A DNA stretch of 64,000 bases, from contig JAEOSZ010000024.1 in the NCBI GenBank assembly GCA_016840095.1, forward strand, positions 44,958-108,957, read 5' to 3'. The DNA is from Candidatus Heimdallarchaeota archaeon. Its GTDB lineage: Archaea > Asgardarchaeota > Heimdallarchaeia > Heimdallarchaeales > Heimdallarchaeaceae. This document shows positions 17,321 to 27,579 of this stretch, in pieces; positions within the stretch are counted from its first letter, which is position 1, and each line of letters begins with the position of its first letter. The notes below the pieces were generated by a model. The model searched no databases and had not been told where the DNA came from. It saw only the letters and a list, made by a program, of their open reading frames with translations. The position numbers and the translations under genes were made by a program.

Positions 17321-19468
17321 CTATAATATTGCAGTAAATATCTGAAACACTATCACTGTTAGAATAATCGTAACTATCAATGGATAGAAGAAACCAAGTG
17401 CTGTCATCTTCCAGCTTTTTGTTTCTGATTTAATTGTAGCCATGGTTGCAAAACATGGTGCATATGTTAGCTGAAACAATAGGAAGGATATTGCTTGAGG
17501 TATTGACCAGCTAGCTTTCAAAGCTGTCACAACACTTCCACCTCCTGAATAGAGGATACTAAGAGCAGAGATAATAGCTTCTTTGGCAGGAATTCCAAAA
17601 AGTAAAGGGACAACCATTTTCCAGTCAAATCCAAATAAAGGTTTAGTGATTACTGATAATCCTCTTCCAATGTATCCTGCAATTGTATATTCAGGAGCAA
17701 CTCCAAATGGTATATTACTTATGAACCAAATTAAAATTGATGCAAGAAAAATGAAAGTTCCAGCTTTCTTTAGAAAAACACCTGCTTTTTCCCAAGTTAA
17801 GTGTAAAACATTTCGTATTCTGGGACGTCTATATTCAGGTAGCTCCATTATCAATGGAAGCGGATCTTCTTTCCTATAAAAGATTTTGAATAGAAATCCA
17901 GTGAATAAAACTAGAAGAATACTTACTCCATATAATGAAAGCATAATAAGAGCTGCTAACCAAGGTTGAAAGAAAATACCTGTTATAAAAGCTATAACTC
18001 CTAATCTAGCAGCACAAGGAATGAAGGAATTTGCTATTATCATTGCAGTTCGATCCCGCTGATTCTTTACTGTTCTTGTAGCCATAATACCAGCTACATT
18101 ACATCCAAATCCCATAATTAGACTTAGAAAAGATGATCCTTGCATTCCAAATTTACCCATGACTCTGTCCATCAAATAGGCTGAACGAGCAAGATAGCCA
18201 GAGTCTTCTAAAAGTGCTATTAGAGCATAGAAAATCAAAATTATAGGGATAAAAAGAATAACTGCTGCTATACCTGCTATTACACCATCAACTAACAAAC
18301 TATTCAAAAATGCAGGACTATTAGCACTTTCAAGAGAAGTCATAACCCAAGTGGAAAATTGTACAACTACCCAATCAATTCCATCAATAATTGGAGATGA
18401 AGCATAGAAAGTCAATAAGAAGAATGCTGCAAAAATAGCTATTAGGATTGGATAACCCCAGATTTTGTGGAGAAGAACTCTATCAAATTTATCACTTACT
18501 GTTTCTTTGAAATCTTCATAACCTTGAAGTGCATCATGAACAATATGATGTAAAGCACTATATTTCCTCTTAGAAATTTCAGTTGCAGGATCAAACTTTT
18601 CTTCTTTTGCAAGTTGAGCAATTTTAGTTTCCATGTCTTCTAAATCATATTCTTTCGCTAATTCATCCTTAACTAAAGAATCACCCTCCAAAACTCTAAA
18701 AGCAATCCATCGAGTTGGATACTTTGTCATTGTTTCTCTATCTTCAATCTGAGTTGAGATATTTTGAATCATGTACTCAATTTTGGGAGAATAGACCACC
18801 ATAGCGGGATTGAAAAGATATTTCTTCGTGTGTAATGCATCATAGATGAATTTTTTGATACGAATTATACTATCATCCTCATATGCACAAACATAGACTA
18901 TAGGTACTCCAAGTTTTTTCTCTAAAAGCTGAGTATCTATATCAATGCATTCTTTCTCAGCTATGTCTTTCATATTAATTATAATTGCTACATTATCTGT
19001 TAGCTCCATAGCTTGAAGAGCAATAAAGAGTGTTCTCTCCAATCTAGTCGCATCAGCGATAACACAGACAAGATCTGGTTGTTCTTCCACAATGAACTGT
19101 CGAGTAACAAGTTCTTCATCTGATCTAGCAGATAGAGAATAAGCACCAGGTAAATCTACTAAGGAAAAATATTCATCTGATAAAATGAAATGTCCTTCTT
19201 TTCGTTCTACTGTTTTTCCCGGCCAGTTCCCAATATGTTGATGAGAGCCAGTCAAAGTATTAAATAAAGAAGATTTCCCAACATTAGGATTCCCCAAGAA
19301 AGCAATTTTATGTTCAATTGTATGATCATTGAAAGAGGATCTTTTACCTTTACCATGAAAACGAGATTGTCTCTTAGTAGATTCAAAGTCATTCTGAGAA
19401 ATTTTGATTCCTCTTTTATGTCTGTGAAACCTACCTTTTTTGCCACAATGTGGACAATTTTTTGTCAT
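17321..19468 (-). CDS. feoB: Ferrous iron transporter B
   Basis: GNPNVGKS, NWPGKTVE, DLPG, NMKD GTPase motifs; LEDSGYLAR, GFGCNV, FIPCAARL, MELPEY, YAPCFAT membrane motifs. Confidence 0.96.
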   Translation of the reverse strand: MTKNCPHCGKKGRFHRHKRGIKISQNDFESTKRQSRFHGKGKRSSFNDHTIEHKIAFLGNPNVGKSSLFNTLTGSHQHIGNWPGKTVERKEGHFILSDEYFSLVDLPGAYSLSARSDEELVTRQFIVEEQPDLVCVIADATRLERTLFIALQAMELTDNVAIIINMKDIAEKECIDIDTQLLEKKLGVPIVYVCAYEDDSIIRIKKFIYDALHTKKYLFNPAMVVYSPKIEYMIQNISTQIEDRETMTKYPTRWIAFRVLEGDSLVKDELAKEYDLEDMETKIAQLAKEEKFDPATEISKRKYSALHHIVHDALQGYEDFKETVSDKFDRVLLHKIWGYPILIAIFAAFFLLTFYASSPIIDGIDWVVVQFSTWVMTSLESANSPAFLNSLLVDGVIAGIAAVILFIPIILIFYALIALLEDSGYLARSAYLMDRVMGKFGMQGSSFLSLIMGFGCNVAGIMATRTVKNQRDRTAMIIANSFIPCAARLGVIAFITGIFFQPWLAALIMLSLYGVSILLVLFTGFLFKIFYRKEDPLPLIMELPEYRRPRIRNVLHLTWEKAGVFLKKAGTFIFLASILIWFISNIPFGVAPEYTIAGYIGRGLSVITKPLFGFDWKMVVPLLFGIPAKEAIISALSILYSGGGSVVTALKASWSIPQAISFLLFQLTYAPCFATMATIKSETKSWKMTALGFFYPLIVTIILTVIVFQIFTAIL

Positions 19469-19479
19469 AACTAGAACAC

Positions 19480-19716
19480 CTAAGAAACTTCTATTTTCTT
19501 GGCTAAACCTCTTCCAATAGCTACTCGAGTTCCCTTTACATCAACAATAATGGGACCTGTATCGTTTTTAACGACCCTGATTTTTTCTCCTTCGTGAATA
19601 CCTAAGTCAGCTAAGAATCTTTGTGCTTTATGTCCAGCATTGATAGTTTGAACTACAACTATACCATTCTCATGTGCATCATCTAAAGATACAGTCTGTG
19701 ACATAAAGCATCCCAC
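19480..19716 (-). CDS. feoA: Ferrous iron transport protein A
   Basis: RFLADLGIHEGEKIRV..GPIIVDVKGTRVAIGRGLAKKIEV; ATG 19704 is the likely start. Confidence 0.92.
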   Translation of the reverse strand: MGCFMSQTVSLDDAHENGIVVVQTINAGHKAQRFLADLGIHEGEKIRVVKNDTGPIIVDVKGTRVAIGRGLAKKIEVS

Positions 19717-19727
19717 ACTTCAAGAAT

Positions 19728-19832
19728 ATTTGGACGCATCCAAATCTCGTCTTGTGAATTTTCTTTGAAGGTTTTAAAAGATTGTTGTTATAACCGGTGA
19801 AAATTTGGATTAAAGAAGATTTGTCCAAATCT
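19728..19832. promoter_or_regulatory. feoAB promoter with two inverted repeats flanking the TATA box
   Basis: ATTTGGA-N4-TCCAAAT at 19728-19745, TTTTAAAA at 19772-19779, ATTTGGA-N14-TCCAAAT at 19803-19830. Confidence 0.55.
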
Positions 19833-19849
19833 AAAAGAAAAAGAAAAGA

Positions 19850-20536
19850 TTAGAAAAATGGAGTAGCTTTAGGATATAAATCAAAAGAATTCGCAGTTCC
19901 ATTAATACTATAAGTTGGATTCAAACCAATGTCAAACCAGTAATTTCCTAGAGTTGTAACATTGTTATACCAGAGATTCAAAGAGCCATTATCTAATGTT
20001 TGCGATAAACCTGCACCAGGTGTATTACTTACAAAATCATTATAGTATACAGAGATGTTTGTTGCAGTTAAACCCAATTTAATTGCATAACCAGCGTTTG
20101 TATGAAATCGACTATTATTGATAGTGAAATTTCCTGCTTTTGATACATCTATACCTACAGAGTTATTGTAAAGATACACATTCTGAATTAACATTTTTTC
20201 AGCAGTTACGTTCTCGATGTATATTGCTACATCTGTATTGGAAATGTTACATGATTGGATGTAGAAAGATTTTGTAGTATTAATTATTTTAATACCATAT
20301 GTTTGATCTATATCAAAAACATATTCTGTAATGATATATGGACTATCAGCAGTACCTTCTCCATCAAAATTATAATTTGACCAATCTGCATCAGACTCAA
20401 TCAGAATTCCTGTGATCGGACCAGGTCCTCTAAAACTTAGAGTTATTATTACTACAAACAAACCAATAAAAATGATACCATAAAAAACTTTTACAATATC
20501 CAGGTTTTTGAAATCTATTCGAAATCTTTTGCTCAT
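19850..20536 (-). CDS. Membrane-anchored right-handed beta-helix (NosD-like) protein
   Basis: N-terminal TM; GEGTADSPYII cap, Asn-ladder repeats, DNG..NLWY..GNYW..DLYP end motif; short relative of the divergent gene. Confidence 0.8.
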   Translation of the reverse strand: MSKRFRIDFKNLDIVKVFYGIIFIGLFVVIITLSFRGPGPITGILIESDADWSNYNFDGEGTADSPYIITEYVFDIDQTYGIKIINTTKSFYIQSCNISNTDVAIYIENVTAEKMLIQNVYLYNNSVGIDVSKAGNFTINNSRFHTNAGYAIKLGLTATNISVYYNDFVSNTPGAGLSQTLDNGSLNLWYNNVTTLGNYWFDIGLNPTYSINGTANSFDLYPKATPFF

Positions 20537-20692
20537 CTATATCACCAATTTTGTAATGTAAATATTGTAATTACACAGATAATTATTTGATATTCTTAAA
20601 AATATATCTAGATTGGACTATTCGACTAATTTAATTTAAAAAGATTTAAAACATCGAGTTATCTAATATACTATACAAGTTGAGGGTAAAAA

Positions 20693-22114
20693 ATGGGAAA
20701 GAGTAAGAATCTCCAGTATCTTTTGATAGTTTTTTTCACTTCATTTATAATCTTGAGTTCTTATAGTTGGAATAATAATTTAAATCTAAAACCTGAAACT
20801 TACGATTACTTTGCAAAGTCTACAAAAAATGACCTGAATACTCCTAGTTCAATTAATTATATTCCTCATGATTCTATAGAAATTACTAATGATTCAAATT
20901 TCACTGATTATGGATTTCCTGGATATGGTAATAGCACTCACCCATATATTATAGAAAATTATGAAATCATTACTGCAAATGACACGGGGATTTTAATTTC
21001 TCAAACAACAATGCACTTTCTCATCCGTAATTGTTATGTTAATGCAAACATCAATGGGATATATATTTATAATACGGCTCTAAACACAGCAGACCTAGTC
21101 AACAATACATGCATGAATAATGATGTTGGAATTTTTATAGAAGGATCAAGAGGTAACAAATTAATAGAAAATAGATGTAATTATAATCTATATGGAATTA
21201 CTGTTTCTTCAGCAATAGGAACATTAATCTCTGAAACCACATGTGACTTCAATACATTTGATGGAATTTCTTTAGTAGAGAACACGGATATTGTGAACAT
21301 AATTAACAGTGAATGCTCTAATAATGGGAGAGATGGCATCAGTTTAGATTTTGCTCAGAGTGTATACATTATATCAAGTACTTGTAGCGCTAATGGCAAT
21401 AACGGAATTGCACTTTATTCTGCATTTGATGTTCTCATCACGGATAATATAGTTAGTACAAATGATTTCCACGGTATTTCATTGGATAGATCTACAAATG
21501 CTGATGTTAAAAACTGTAGTTTTACTAATAATAGAGTTGATGGAATTTATGTCAGAGAAACAGATAGTTGTTCAATTTTTAATAACTCTGTTTCTGGAAA
21601 TCGAATTGCAATTAATATTGTTACAACTGATTCAAGCTTAATTACTTACAACAGAGTAAGTAACAATGAGTTATATGCTCTCAACCTAGGTTTTGTTAGT
21701 GAAAACAATATAATGCATCATAACAATTTCACTAATAACAACATAGGAAGTGAATCTCAAGCTATAGACAACGGGAAAAATAATCTTTGGTATGATGAGG
21801 AAACACTGGATGGTAATTGGTGGTCCGACTTAGGTTCTGACTGTACATATAAAATTGATGGAAAAGCTCGCTCAAAAGATAAGTATCCTTTGAATAGAGA
21901 TTTAGAATGTCCTAGTCCAAGTACTGTTAATTTGATATATATCTTAGCTGCAGTTTCAATATCATCAGTAGTAGCAACTTATCTATTTGTGAGATATATA
22001 ACCCCCAGATTGAAATTCCGCAAAAAACCATGCCCAAGTTGTAACAAGATTATAAGCTCGAAATCTTATTTCTGTGATTTTTGTGGGAGCAATCTATCTG
22101 AAGAAGCAAAATGA
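20693..22114 (+). CDS. Surface beta-helix (NosD/PbH1 repeat) protein with C-terminal TM and zinc ribbon
   Basis: Signal peptide, GYGNSTHPYIIENY cap, many N..GI repeats, GNWW..DKYP, TM helix, CPSC..CDFCG. Confidence 0.85.
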   Translation: MGKSKNLQYLLIVFFTSFIILSSYSWNNNLNLKPETYDYFAKSTKNDLNTPSSINYIPHDSIEITNDSNFTDYGFPGYGNSTHPYIIENYEIITANDTGILISQTTMHFLIRNCYVNANINGIYIYNTALNTADLVNNTCMNNDVGIFIEGSRGNKLIENRCNYNLYGITVSSAIGTLISETTCDFNTFDGISLVENTDIVNIINSECSNNGRDGISLDFAQSVYIISSTCSANGNNGIALYSAFDVLITDNIVSTNDFHGISLDRSTNADVKNCSFTNNRVDGIYVRETDSCSIFNNSVSGNRIAINIVTTDSSLITYNRVSNNELYALNLGFVSENNIMHHNNFTNNNIGSESQAIDNGKNNLWYDEETLDGNWWSDLGSDCTYKIDGKARSKDKYPLNRDLECPSPSTVNLIYILAAVSISSVVATYLFVRYITPRLKFRKKPCPSCNKIISSKSYFCDFCGSNLSEEAK

Positions 22115-22269
22115 AACAACTACAGAATTGATAACATCTTTTTGCCTTACATCTCCTTTAACCTACCTTTTTGTATACTCTCTTTTTAGATGGGGTTCTT
22201 ATTAAGAAGGGAGTGGGTTTATTTCCATTGGAAAAAAGAAGAAAAAAGAAATCTTAGTTTAAGAATTTC

Positions 22270-23571
22270 TCAAAGATATTTTGGTTCTATTGATATTTTT
22301 CTTCTAAGAACAACTAGTATTAGAAAACTAGAAATTGAGATTATAACTATAAATCCGTTAGCAGCTTCACATTCAAGCACGTCATATTTATGAACATACT
22401 CTGCAAGTAACATAGTTATATTGAAACATGCATCTCTACCTTCATCCATCCCCTGATTTAGAAAAGTGATAACGCCATAAGGAACTGTGGTATTTCCATT
22501 GTAATAGCCATAAGCTTTTGTGTGAAAGGCCCAAGAATCACCTTCAGTACCTCCCCAACCGCCCCACTGTATTAGTGGATCATCGGGGGACAACCATGCA
22601 GTTTGTAGATCAACCATTGTTTGCAAGGTTTCCTCTTCCAAGATACGCGTTCCATTTGAAACACCTCTATGTAAGAATACTTGTATAAATTTAGCTAAAT
22701 CAAAGATATCAGATCGTATTCCACCAGCTCCATAGTTTATTGAATTATAATGAGGATAAGCTTTATTCCCTGTAGATTCTGAATCTAACTCAAACAGATA
22801 AATGTACGGGATTGCAAGTCTTTCTAGATCAAAACTTGTATAATTATACCCTGTACTAACCATCCCTAAAGGATCATAAATGTTGTTCTGTAAATATTCC
22901 CAGATTGGTTCTCCTGAGATTACTTGTATAAGATAACCTAAAACATCATATCCAACATTGGAATATAATCGATTAGTTCCTGGTTCGTAAGGAGACCAAG
23001 CAATTGGTTCGTATAATGTACCGTTGGGAGTAAGATATCCCTCTATCCAATCAGGATATGGTAACCAATCAAAAGGATTTTCCCAGCCCATGTCTTGGAG
23101 CGCTTCACTCATTATTCCAAACCAATATGGATCAGAATCTTTGGTTAAACTAGATTTGTGTTGGAGAAGCATTGTGAAGGTTATAGGTGTGTTTGTGAAG
23201 TTAGGATGTCGTAAAGAGAAGGGTAAGTAATCATTGACATCATCATCGAGTTGAATTAAACCTTGGTCATATAATTGGAAAATGGCTGTTGCAGTGAATG
23301 TTTTAGTTACAGATCCAACCAGGTAAATAAGATCTAGGTCTGATTGCTCTCCATATCCCTTAGACCATATAATGGAGTTGTTTCTTATTACTGCAGTCGT
23401 AACAGATGGGATATAATATTGAGACATGATATCAGTTATTTGACCATCTACATTTGGATTGAAGTCAGGTAAACAAACTGATTCAACATTAGCGTATGAA
23501 ATAGATACGTGATTGATCAGACCAACAATTAAAAGAGTAAAAAGAAAATAGAATTTTGTTCTTCTTTTCAT
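22270..23571 (-). CDS. Secreted, membrane-anchored serine hydrolase (beta-lactamase/PBP class C-like), copy 1
   Basis: GSVTKTF (SxxK), LLQHKS, YSNVGY; signal peptide from ATG 23571 (MKRRTK); C-terminal TM plus RRK. Confidence 0.9.
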   Translation of the reverse strand: MKRRTKFYFLFTLLIVGLINHVSISYANVESVCLPDFNPNVDGQITDIMSQYYIPSVTTAVIRNNSIIWSKGYGEQSDLDLIYLVGSVTKTFTATAIFQLYDQGLIQLDDDVNDYLPFSLRHPNFTNTPITFTMLLQHKSSLTKDSDPYWFGIMSEALQDMGWENPFDWLPYPDWIEGYLTPNGTLYEPIAWSPYEPGTNRLYSNVGYDVLGYLIQVISGEPIWEYLQNNIYDPLGMVSTGYNYTSFDLERLAIPYIYLFELDSESTGNKAYPHYNSINYGAGGIRSDIFDLAKFIQVFLHRGVSNGTRILEEETLQTMVDLQTAWLSPDDPLIQWGGWGGTEGDSWAFHTKAYGYYNGNTTVPYGVITFLNQGMDEGRDACFNITMLLAEYVHKYDVLECEAANGFIVIISISSFLILVVLRRKISIEPKYL

Positions 23572-23793
23572 ATGTATCACCTAGATTTGGAAACATGGAC
23601 ATTTATAAAGAGAGCTAAATTTCAGAGCTAGAATATTCTACTATTGTTAAAATAAGATAGCTTCATATCCATCTTAGGTTTTTCAACATGATGTAAAAGA
23701 GAAGATTTTGCTAAATAGTACTATAATAAAGCAAAACAATTAATTAGTAGATTTACATCATTGAGTCTGATTATAAATTGAGATGGTTAATTA

Positions 23794-24972
23794 ATGATAA
23801 ACCAAGTGGAAGAATTATACAAACTCGGAAAAGAATATTTTGACCAGAAAAATTATGTTGATGCCGAAATTACATTTAAACAAGTGTTAGAATTAGAAGA
23901 AAATCACATAGACTCAAATTATTATCTTAGCCGTGTATACCAAGAACAAAAGAAATATGCTGAAGCACAGCAATATTTTTTGAAAACTTTACAGTTAGAC
24001 CCTAACAACAAATATGCTCAATTCAATCTTGGAAATGTTTTCTTTGTCCAAAAAAAATACTCTGATGCAGAAGTACAGTATAAGAAAGCTATTGAAATAG
24101 ATGAAAAATATCTATACGCAATTCATACTTTAGGTCGCACCTATTTAGAATTGAAGAAATTCGTAGAAGCTGAAAACCAGTTTAACCTAGTGATTAAATT
24201 AGATAAAGAATATATTGATGCGTGGTATTATCTTGGTATTTTATACTACAGAAAACAAGATTTTGCTAAGGCTGAATCTTGGTTTACAGAGGTAATCCAA
24301 TTAAAACCTGAATACAAGTCAGTGAGTTATTACCTTGGTAGAGTATATTTTTTTCAAAAGAATTTTGTAGATGCTGAGAAACAGTTAAGTAAAGCTGTAG
24401 ATCAAAATAAAAAGGATTTAGAATCTAATTTTTATCTTGGGATTGTATATATTAGCCAGGTTAAAGACCCATCTTCTTTAGCTATAGATACTTACAAGGA
24501 AGCAAATATCCTTTATAGCTCGAATGCTATAAAATATCTTGAACAAGTACTTGCAATTAATCCAAAACATAAGGAAGCGTTGTGCTTCTTAGGATTTGCA
24601 CATATTATTATCTATGATTATGATAAATCAACGAATCATGCTGATAAAGCAATGGTTTATGCTGATGAAGCTCTTAAAATTGATCCAAATTTTAGCTTAG
24701 CATGGGGTTTAAAAGGAACTACAAATTTAGCATTAGGAAGAAAGCTTGAAGCTATAGAATGTGTAATTCGTTCAAAGGATGATGAAGCAATTGAGAAATT
24801 TCTAAAAGCTACCTATTCATCAAATTACTCGAGAATTGAATCACAATGGAATTCTTTTAGATCTGGTAAGACACATAGAGAGGGCTTAGTTGCATCAATA
24901 ACAAAAGATGCAGCAAAAGGATTTGCAAAAGAATTTGCAAAAGGAATATTGAAAGGTTTTTTGGGTTTATGA
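23794..24972 (+). CDS. Tetratricopeptide repeat protein
   Basis: Consecutive 34-aa units (Y.LG..Y...K.Y..AE..F.K.L.LDP); amphipathic C-terminus. Confidence 0.9.
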   Translation: MINQVEELYKLGKEYFDQKNYVDAEITFKQVLELEENHIDSNYYLSRVYQEQKKYAEAQQYFLKTLQLDPNNKYAQFNLGNVFFVQKKYSDAEVQYKKAIEIDEKYLYAIHTLGRTYLELKKFVEAENQFNLVIKLDKEYIDAWYYLGILYYRKQDFAKAESWFTEVIQLKPEYKSVSYYLGRVYFFQKNFVDAEKQLSKAVDQNKKDLESNFYLGIVYISQVKDPSSLAIDTYKEANILYSSNAIKYLEQVLAINPKHKEALCFLGFAHIIIYDYDKSTNHADKAMVYADEALKIDPNFSLAWGLKGTTNLALGRKLEAIECVIRSKDDEAIEKFLKATYSSNYSRIESQWNSFRSGKTHREGLVASITKDAAKGFAKEFAKGILKGFLGL

Positions 24973-25028
24973 TATGATTCTGTGTGGGTGGATTAAGAGA
25001 GTAATAGAACGATTTAAAGAAACCTGAA

Positions 25029-26198
25029 GTGGATGCAATGAGTGGAAAGTATATAATTGAAGACTTTGATTTCTTTGGTGGAATACACTGCGAAACAAGC
25101 GCTGTGAGAAAAATCTTCCTCTATAATAACTTGCCAATTTCTGAAGAGATGTTATTCGGACTTGCAGGAGGAATAGGGTTCATTTATTGGTATGTAAAAC
25201 AAATGCCTGCCCCAGTTATAGGTGGAAGAGGAGGAGGAAGAGATTTCATTGAAAACGCAGCTCGAAGAGCTGGTGCTAAACTTGAAATTAGACGAACAAC
25301 TAGTAGTAAGAAAGGTTACGATTGGTTGATGGAAAAACTAGGAAATAATGAACCAACTGTTGTCTATGGGGATATGGCCTATTTACCATATTTAGGAGTG
25401 AGTGAAGATGCGCATTTTGGTCAACATGTTTTTGTTGTTTATGGAGTTGATGAAGAGGAAGATAAAGTATATATTTCTGATAGAGGTAACAAAGGAGTAA
25501 CAGTATCTATTGAAGATATTAAAAAAGCAAGAGCATCCAAATTTCCTCCTTGGCCACCAAAGCATGCTACATTTGATTTTAAATTTCCATCGAATCTAAA
25601 TATTACAAAACAAACAGTAATCGAATCTCTTGAGCAATGTGTAAATACTATGCTTAATCCACCAATCAGAAACATCGGAATAAGTGGTTTCGAAAAATGG
25701 GCTGATCTGGTGATTAAGTGGCCTGAAATATTCCCTGGAGAGAGATTATGGGAAGTTTTGTTCCAAGGTTTCATCTACATCGAAACAGGTGGAACAGGGG
25801 GAAGTGCATTTAGACCAATGTTTTGCAGATATCTAAAAGAGATTGAACCTATTCTCGAAATAGATTCTTTGAGTAAAACTATAGAATTGTTTGAAAAATC
25901 AGCAAAGCACTGGAGTGAAATTGCTAGATTATATTTGCCAGATGAGTATCCAACCTTAAAAAGTATGAGACAAAGAATTTTGGATTCAAATACAATATTT
26001 GAAGAGCAGAAATCAGACGCACTAACTCAAATGAAACTCTTAAACAAAGAAATAGCAGATAGTAAACAAGAAATAAATAAAGAACTCAAGGATGGTCCAA
26101 AGTTTCTTCCCAAGGTTCGAGAGAAAATTCTACAACTTAGAGATGTTGAAGCTGATGCTTTTACAAGTCTTCAAGAAACTATAAGTCAGTTAAAATAG
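25029..26198 (+). CDS. BtrH N-terminal/DUF4872 papain-like cysteine hydrolase
   Basis: HCETSA, ISEEMLFGLAGGIGF, LPY..HFGQHVFVVYGVD..YISD, GTGGSAFR. ATG 25038 is an alternative start. Confidence 0.85.
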   Translation: MDAMSGKYIIEDFDFFGGIHCETSAVRKIFLYNNLPISEEMLFGLAGGIGFIYWYVKQMPAPVIGGRGGGRDFIENAARRAGAKLEIRRTTSSKKGYDWLMEKLGNNEPTVVYGDMAYLPYLGVSEDAHFGQHVFVVYGVDEEEDKVYISDRGNKGVTVSIEDIKKARASKFPPWPPKHATFDFKFPSNLNITKQTVIESLEQCVNTMLNPPIRNIGISGFEKWADLVIKWPEIFPGERLWEVLFQGFIYIETGGTGGSAFRPMFCRYLKEIEPILEIDSLSKTIELFEKSAKHWSEIARLYLPDEYPTLKSMRQRILDSNTIFEEQKSDALTQMKLLNKEIADSKQEINKELKDGPKFLPKVREKILQLRDVEADAFTSLQETISQLK

Positions 26199-26265
26199 AT
26201 TAAAACTTAATTTCTAATACTCATGTAGTAATGATGATAACAAAAGAAAAAAGAAATATAGATAT

Positions 26266-27579
26266 CTACTTGATATCTTCATTGTATTTTTTTTGTTTAA
26301 TTGAAAACTTTCTTCTAAGAACAATTAATATCAGAAAACCAGAAATAGAGACAATGATTACAAATCCATTAGTAGGTTCACATTCAAGAACATCATACTT
26401 ATGAACATACTGAGCAAGCAACATAGTTATATCAAAACATGCATCTCTACCTTCATCCATTCCTTGATTCAAGAAAGTGATCACACCATAAGGAACTGTG
26501 GTATTTCCATCGTAATAACCCCAACCTTTTGTGTGAAAAGCCCAAGAATCACCTTCAGTACCTCCCCAACCGCCCCATTGTATTAGTGGGTCCGTTGGTT
26601 CTAACCATGCAGATTTTAGACTAACCATTGTTTGAAAGGTATCTTCTTCTAAGATACGTGTTCCATTTGAAACACCATTATGTAAGAATACTAGTAGAAA
26701 TTTTGCTAGATCAAAGATATTAGTTCGTATTCCACCGGCTCCATAATTTATTTGGTTATAATGAGGATAGGCTTTGTTCCCTGTAGATTCGGGATCTAAT
26801 TCAAACATGTAAATATAAGGAATTGCAAGACGTTCTAGCTCAAAACTGGTATAATTGTACCCAGTACTATCCATCCCCAAAGGATCACAAATATTGTGTT
26901 GTAAATAATCCCAAATTGGTTCTCCTGAGATAAGTTGTATAAGGTAGCCTAAAACATCATATCCAACATTGGAATATTCTCTAGTAGTTCCTGGTTCGTA
27001 AGGTGTCCAAGCAATTGGATCGTATAATGAGCCATTAGAAGCCAGATATCCCTCTATCCAATCAGGATATGGTAACCAATCATAAGGATTTTCCAACCCT
27101 AGATCTTGGAGTGCTTCTTCCATTGTTCCAAACCAATAATAATCTGATTCTTTACTTAAACCAGATTTATGCTGAAGAAGCATTCTGATGGTTATAGGTG
27201 TGTCTGTATAATTAGGATGTCGTAAAGAAAATGGTAAGTAATCATTGACATCATCATCTAGTTGAATCAATCCTTGATCATATAATTGGAGAATTGCTGT
27301 TGCTGTGAATGTTTTAGTTACGGATCCAAGAGGATAAATAAGATCTAGTTCTTGTTGCTCTCCATATCCCTTAGCCCATATAATAGAGTTGTTTCTTATT
27401 ACAGCAGTAGTTACTGAAGGAATATGTGTTTGAGTCATTATATCGTAAACTTCTTCTTCAATAGATGGTTCGAATGGAGGTAAACATTCAGAATCAACAT
27501 CTGCTTTTGCTGTGATTGGGTAGATTACAAAACTAGTTAGAAGAAGAATTATAAACAGAAGTTTGTGATTTTTAATCAT
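26266..27579 (-). CDS. Secreted, membrane-anchored serine hydrolase (beta-lactamase/PBP class C-like), copy 2
   Basis: GSVTKTF, LLQHKSGL, YSNVGY; colinear with 22270..23571 with long identical stretches. Confidence 0.9.
   Translation of the reverse strand: MIKNHKLLFIILLLTSFVIYPITAKADVDSECLPPFEPSIEEEVYDIMTQTHIPSVTTAVIRNNSIIWAKGYGEQQELDLIYPLGSVTKTFTATAILQLYDQGLIQLDDDVNDYLPFSLRHPNYTDTPITIRMLLQHKSGLSKESDYYWFGTMEEALQDLGLENPYDWLPYPDWIEGYLASNGSLYDPIAWTPYEPGTTREYSNVGYDVLGYLIQLISGEPIWDYLQHNICDPLGMDSTGYNYTSFELERLAIPYIYMFELDPESTGNKAYPHYNQINYGAGGIRTNIFDLAKFLLVFLHNGVSNGTRILEEDTFQTMVSLKSAWLEPTDPLIQWGGWGGTEGDSWAFHTKGWGYYDGNTTVPYGVITFLNQGMDEGRDACFDITMLLAQYVHKYDVLECEPTNGFVIIVSISGFLILIVLRRKFSIKQKKYNEDIK

Noticed and set aside
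22115-22269. Possible ncRNA or 67-aa ORF (22190..22393) between convergent genes
   Set aside because: Pyrimidine-rich then purine-rich tracts fit terminators of the two convergent genes; no convincing stem structure or coding signal.
22270-27579. Composite transposon, or antibiotic-resistance beta-lactamases
   Set aside because: The flanking repeats are diverged hydrolase genes with no transposase or terminal inverted repeats; SxxK/YxN motifs alone do not imply beta-lactam hydrolysis.
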